A stretch of DNA of 64,000 nucleotides, taken from contig CAWAOA010000010.1 in assembly GCA_963783655.1 (NCBI GenBank), forward strand, positions 71,054 through 135,053, read 5' to 3'. The notes beneath the pieces were generated by a model that ran no database searches, was not told where the DNA came from, and was given only the letters and a program-made list of their open reading frames with translations. Position 1 is the stretch's first letter. Each line of letters begins with the position of its first letter. Source of the stretch: an uncultured Chloroflexia bacterium. Its GTDB lineage: Bacteria > Chloroflexota > Anaerolineae > CG2-30-64-16. Positions 61,848 through 64,000 of this stretch are shown here, one piece after another. The position numbers were made by a program, and so were the translations under genes.

Positions 61848-64000
61848 TTAGCCAGAGCGTGCCGTGAGGAAAGCGATGGCCTTCGCCTGGTCGCCGCTCA
61901 TCACCAGCTCCAGCACGCGCCCGCCCGTGGTGGCGGGCACGTCGATCACCTTGATCTGGTCCGCATAGCGCGCCAGATCGGGCAGCAGCGCAGGCAGCGC
62001 ATTCAGCGAGTTCTCGAAGAAGTCTGCCTGGAAGGGGTTTCCCGGCTCGCCGGGATAGATCGCCAGCGGAAAGATGTGCGCCTCCACCAGGTCCTGGAAG
62101 AAGTGCGTGCCGTAGGAAAGGGTGGGCCGCGTCTTGCCCTGCGCCAGGCCGATCTCGACCAGCGCCAGGTGTTGTAGATGTCGGCGTAGCCGACCTTGAC
62201 GCCCAGGTCGGGGTTGGAGCTGCCCCAGCGGCCCGGCCCCATCAGGATGAAGCGCTGCCCTTCCAGGCGCTGGTTGATCTGGCCGATCACCCGCGCCTAC
62301 CTGCAGCTTCTCCGAGGGACTCAGTTGGCGCGAGTAGGCCGTCGGATTGACGTAGACGATGTAGCAGATATCGCGCACCCGGCCCGTGGGCACCAGCTTC
62401 TCCGTGCCGAAGATGATGTCCTCTACCGGCAGCCGTTCTGGGAACACAACCGGGTCGTCCTGATCGTACCCGCTCTGCGGACGGCATTGCAGCAGATGGA
62501 TGTTGACCTGCGCGGCTGCCGGTACCGTGCACCAGGCCCAGCGTGAACTCGATGTCTACCGGGGTGCCATAGCCGAACTCCAGCGCCTTCAGGATGCCCT
62601 TCAGATGCTCTACGAACGGCGTCTGCATCAGCAGCCCGTCAAAGGTCATCACGAGCGAGCGGGTCGAGACCCGGATCGTTGAAAAACATCGGGCCGACGT
62701 AGTCGCCCCTGATCGAGCGACGCGAGGTAGCGCAGATCCGGGAAAGTCACCCGCCAGCACCTCATGCACGCGGTGCGTTTCGAAGCAGTTCTCTGCCAGA
62801 TTGATGACGTCCATGTAGTACTGCGAATAGTAGCGGATCTGCTGGGCGCCGCTCTCGGGGCGCAGCTGCGGGTGGCTGAGCGCGACCATGCGCGGATAGT
62901 CTTCCCCCACACGCTCGACGGCCCGCGTGCCCAGGCCGGCCACCAGCCGCGCGAAACCGTCCTCGCGGCGCAGCTTGGGGTTCCAGAGGAACGGGTTGCG
63001 GCTGTAGGCCACCCCGGCCACGGCGGGGAAGAAGTAGTCGCGATAGCGCTCGCCCTGCACCACCTGGATCAGGACCGCCATGCGCTCGTCGAAGTCGAGC
63101 AGGCCCATCTGCTTGCGATACAGCAGCGCGTCCGGGTTGGCCACGCTGGCGTAGACGCGTCGCGATCGCCTTGATCAGGGCGATCAGGTTCTCATCGGGC
63201 GTGCCCTGGTTGGGGCAGAAGACGCTCTCATACTTGCCGGCAAACGAGGAGTCGAAGTTGTCTTCCAGCAGGCTGGACGAGCGCACGATCAGCGGCTTGC
63301 CCTCCACCTCGGCCAGCAGGTTGCGCAGCCGCGCTATCACATAATCCGGGAACTGCCCCTGGAGATAAGCTTGCCGCAGCTCCGGGTACTCCTGCTCGAT
63401 CTGCTCCAGCGACTTGTACTTCTGATTGATGTAGTACGACAGGTTGTTGAGCGACAGGAACTCGTAGAAGACGTCGGCGCCGATGAAGTAGGAATCGGGC
63501 ATCACCAGGTCGGCACTTGCGGCGTCGGCCTGGCGAAGGTGCGCTGCAGGATCTTCCAGGCCAGCACAGGCCGGCCGCCTTGCCGCCGATCTTGCCCTGG
63601 CCGATGCGCCGGTCGCGGATCCATTTCAGGTCGTCGATGGTGAGATACTCTTTGGCCAGCCGGACAAAGGCCAGCTGGTCGCTGATCATGGCCTTGATCA
63701 GCACCACCTTGATCTCCTGCAGGTGGTGCTGGACCCGGCCAACTCTTCCGGCGGCAGCGCCTCGTATTCTTCCGCCTGGCGGAACAGCACGTCCCAGGGC
63801 GCCAGCTCGGGGTTGTAGGTCAGAGCGACCTCCGGCGGTCGCTGCTCGCGCTCGACCAGCACATCCTGCACGATCTGCTCGAAGCGATGCTGCGGCAGGT
63901 TATAGGCGAAATAGAAGTCGGTCAGGTAGTCGCGGATCTGCCCGAGACGCCGTTCCCAGATCTCGGCCGGCTCCTCCACATAAGGGTTGAGATGCCCTCG
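61848..64000 (-). CDS. PEP/pyruvate-binding (PPDK_N-like ATP-grasp) domain protein, 5'-truncated by window edge, multiply frameshifted
   Basis: IGGKAAG, IVRSSSLLED...FAGKYES, ERMAVLIQ.V.G, GLGTRAV, PVDIEF, GPGRWGSS, SYGTHFFQDLVE. Confidence 0.8.

Overview
GC-rich bacterial chromosomal window, most likely an anaerobic Chloroflexota (Anaerolineae-like) genome. This is inferred from Ala/Thr/Pro-linker lipoproteins, a 'LYLPMV' motif and GTAG-type REPs. Many genes are broken by single-base indels that look like long-read errors, so several calls are stitched across frames. Order: (1) purine/pyrimidine scavenging block (hydA, ade, BMP-type nucleoside ABC). (2) An ~18 kb GntR-controlled catabolic island: UbiD decarboxylase, two non-canonical SdhA/AprA-fold flavoproteins each with a small Fe-S partner, a cytoplasmic Mo/W-bisPGD enzyme, a hidden transglutaminase-like protein, Opp-type transporter, ATC-hydrolase, M20 and M55 hydrolases. 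(3) A minus-strand block of FIVE tandem cobalamin-binding radical SAM genes in an A-B-C-B'-A' paralog order, followed by a GT-C-like membrane protein, a secreted tandem-domain protein and a membrane 'spermidine synthase-like' methyltransferase. (4) sufR-like/moaA/iscA and rtcB. (5) Sugar ABC, fucose-isomerase-like and URO-D-fold genes. (6) M32 peptidase, dnaA with three downstream DnaA boxes but no dnaN, slipin, comEA, a candidate anti-SD sRNA, a GH13 and a PPDK-N-type protein. The best candidates for an undescribed system are the five-rSAM block and the catabolic island. No CRISPR, rRNA, tRNA or transposase was seen.
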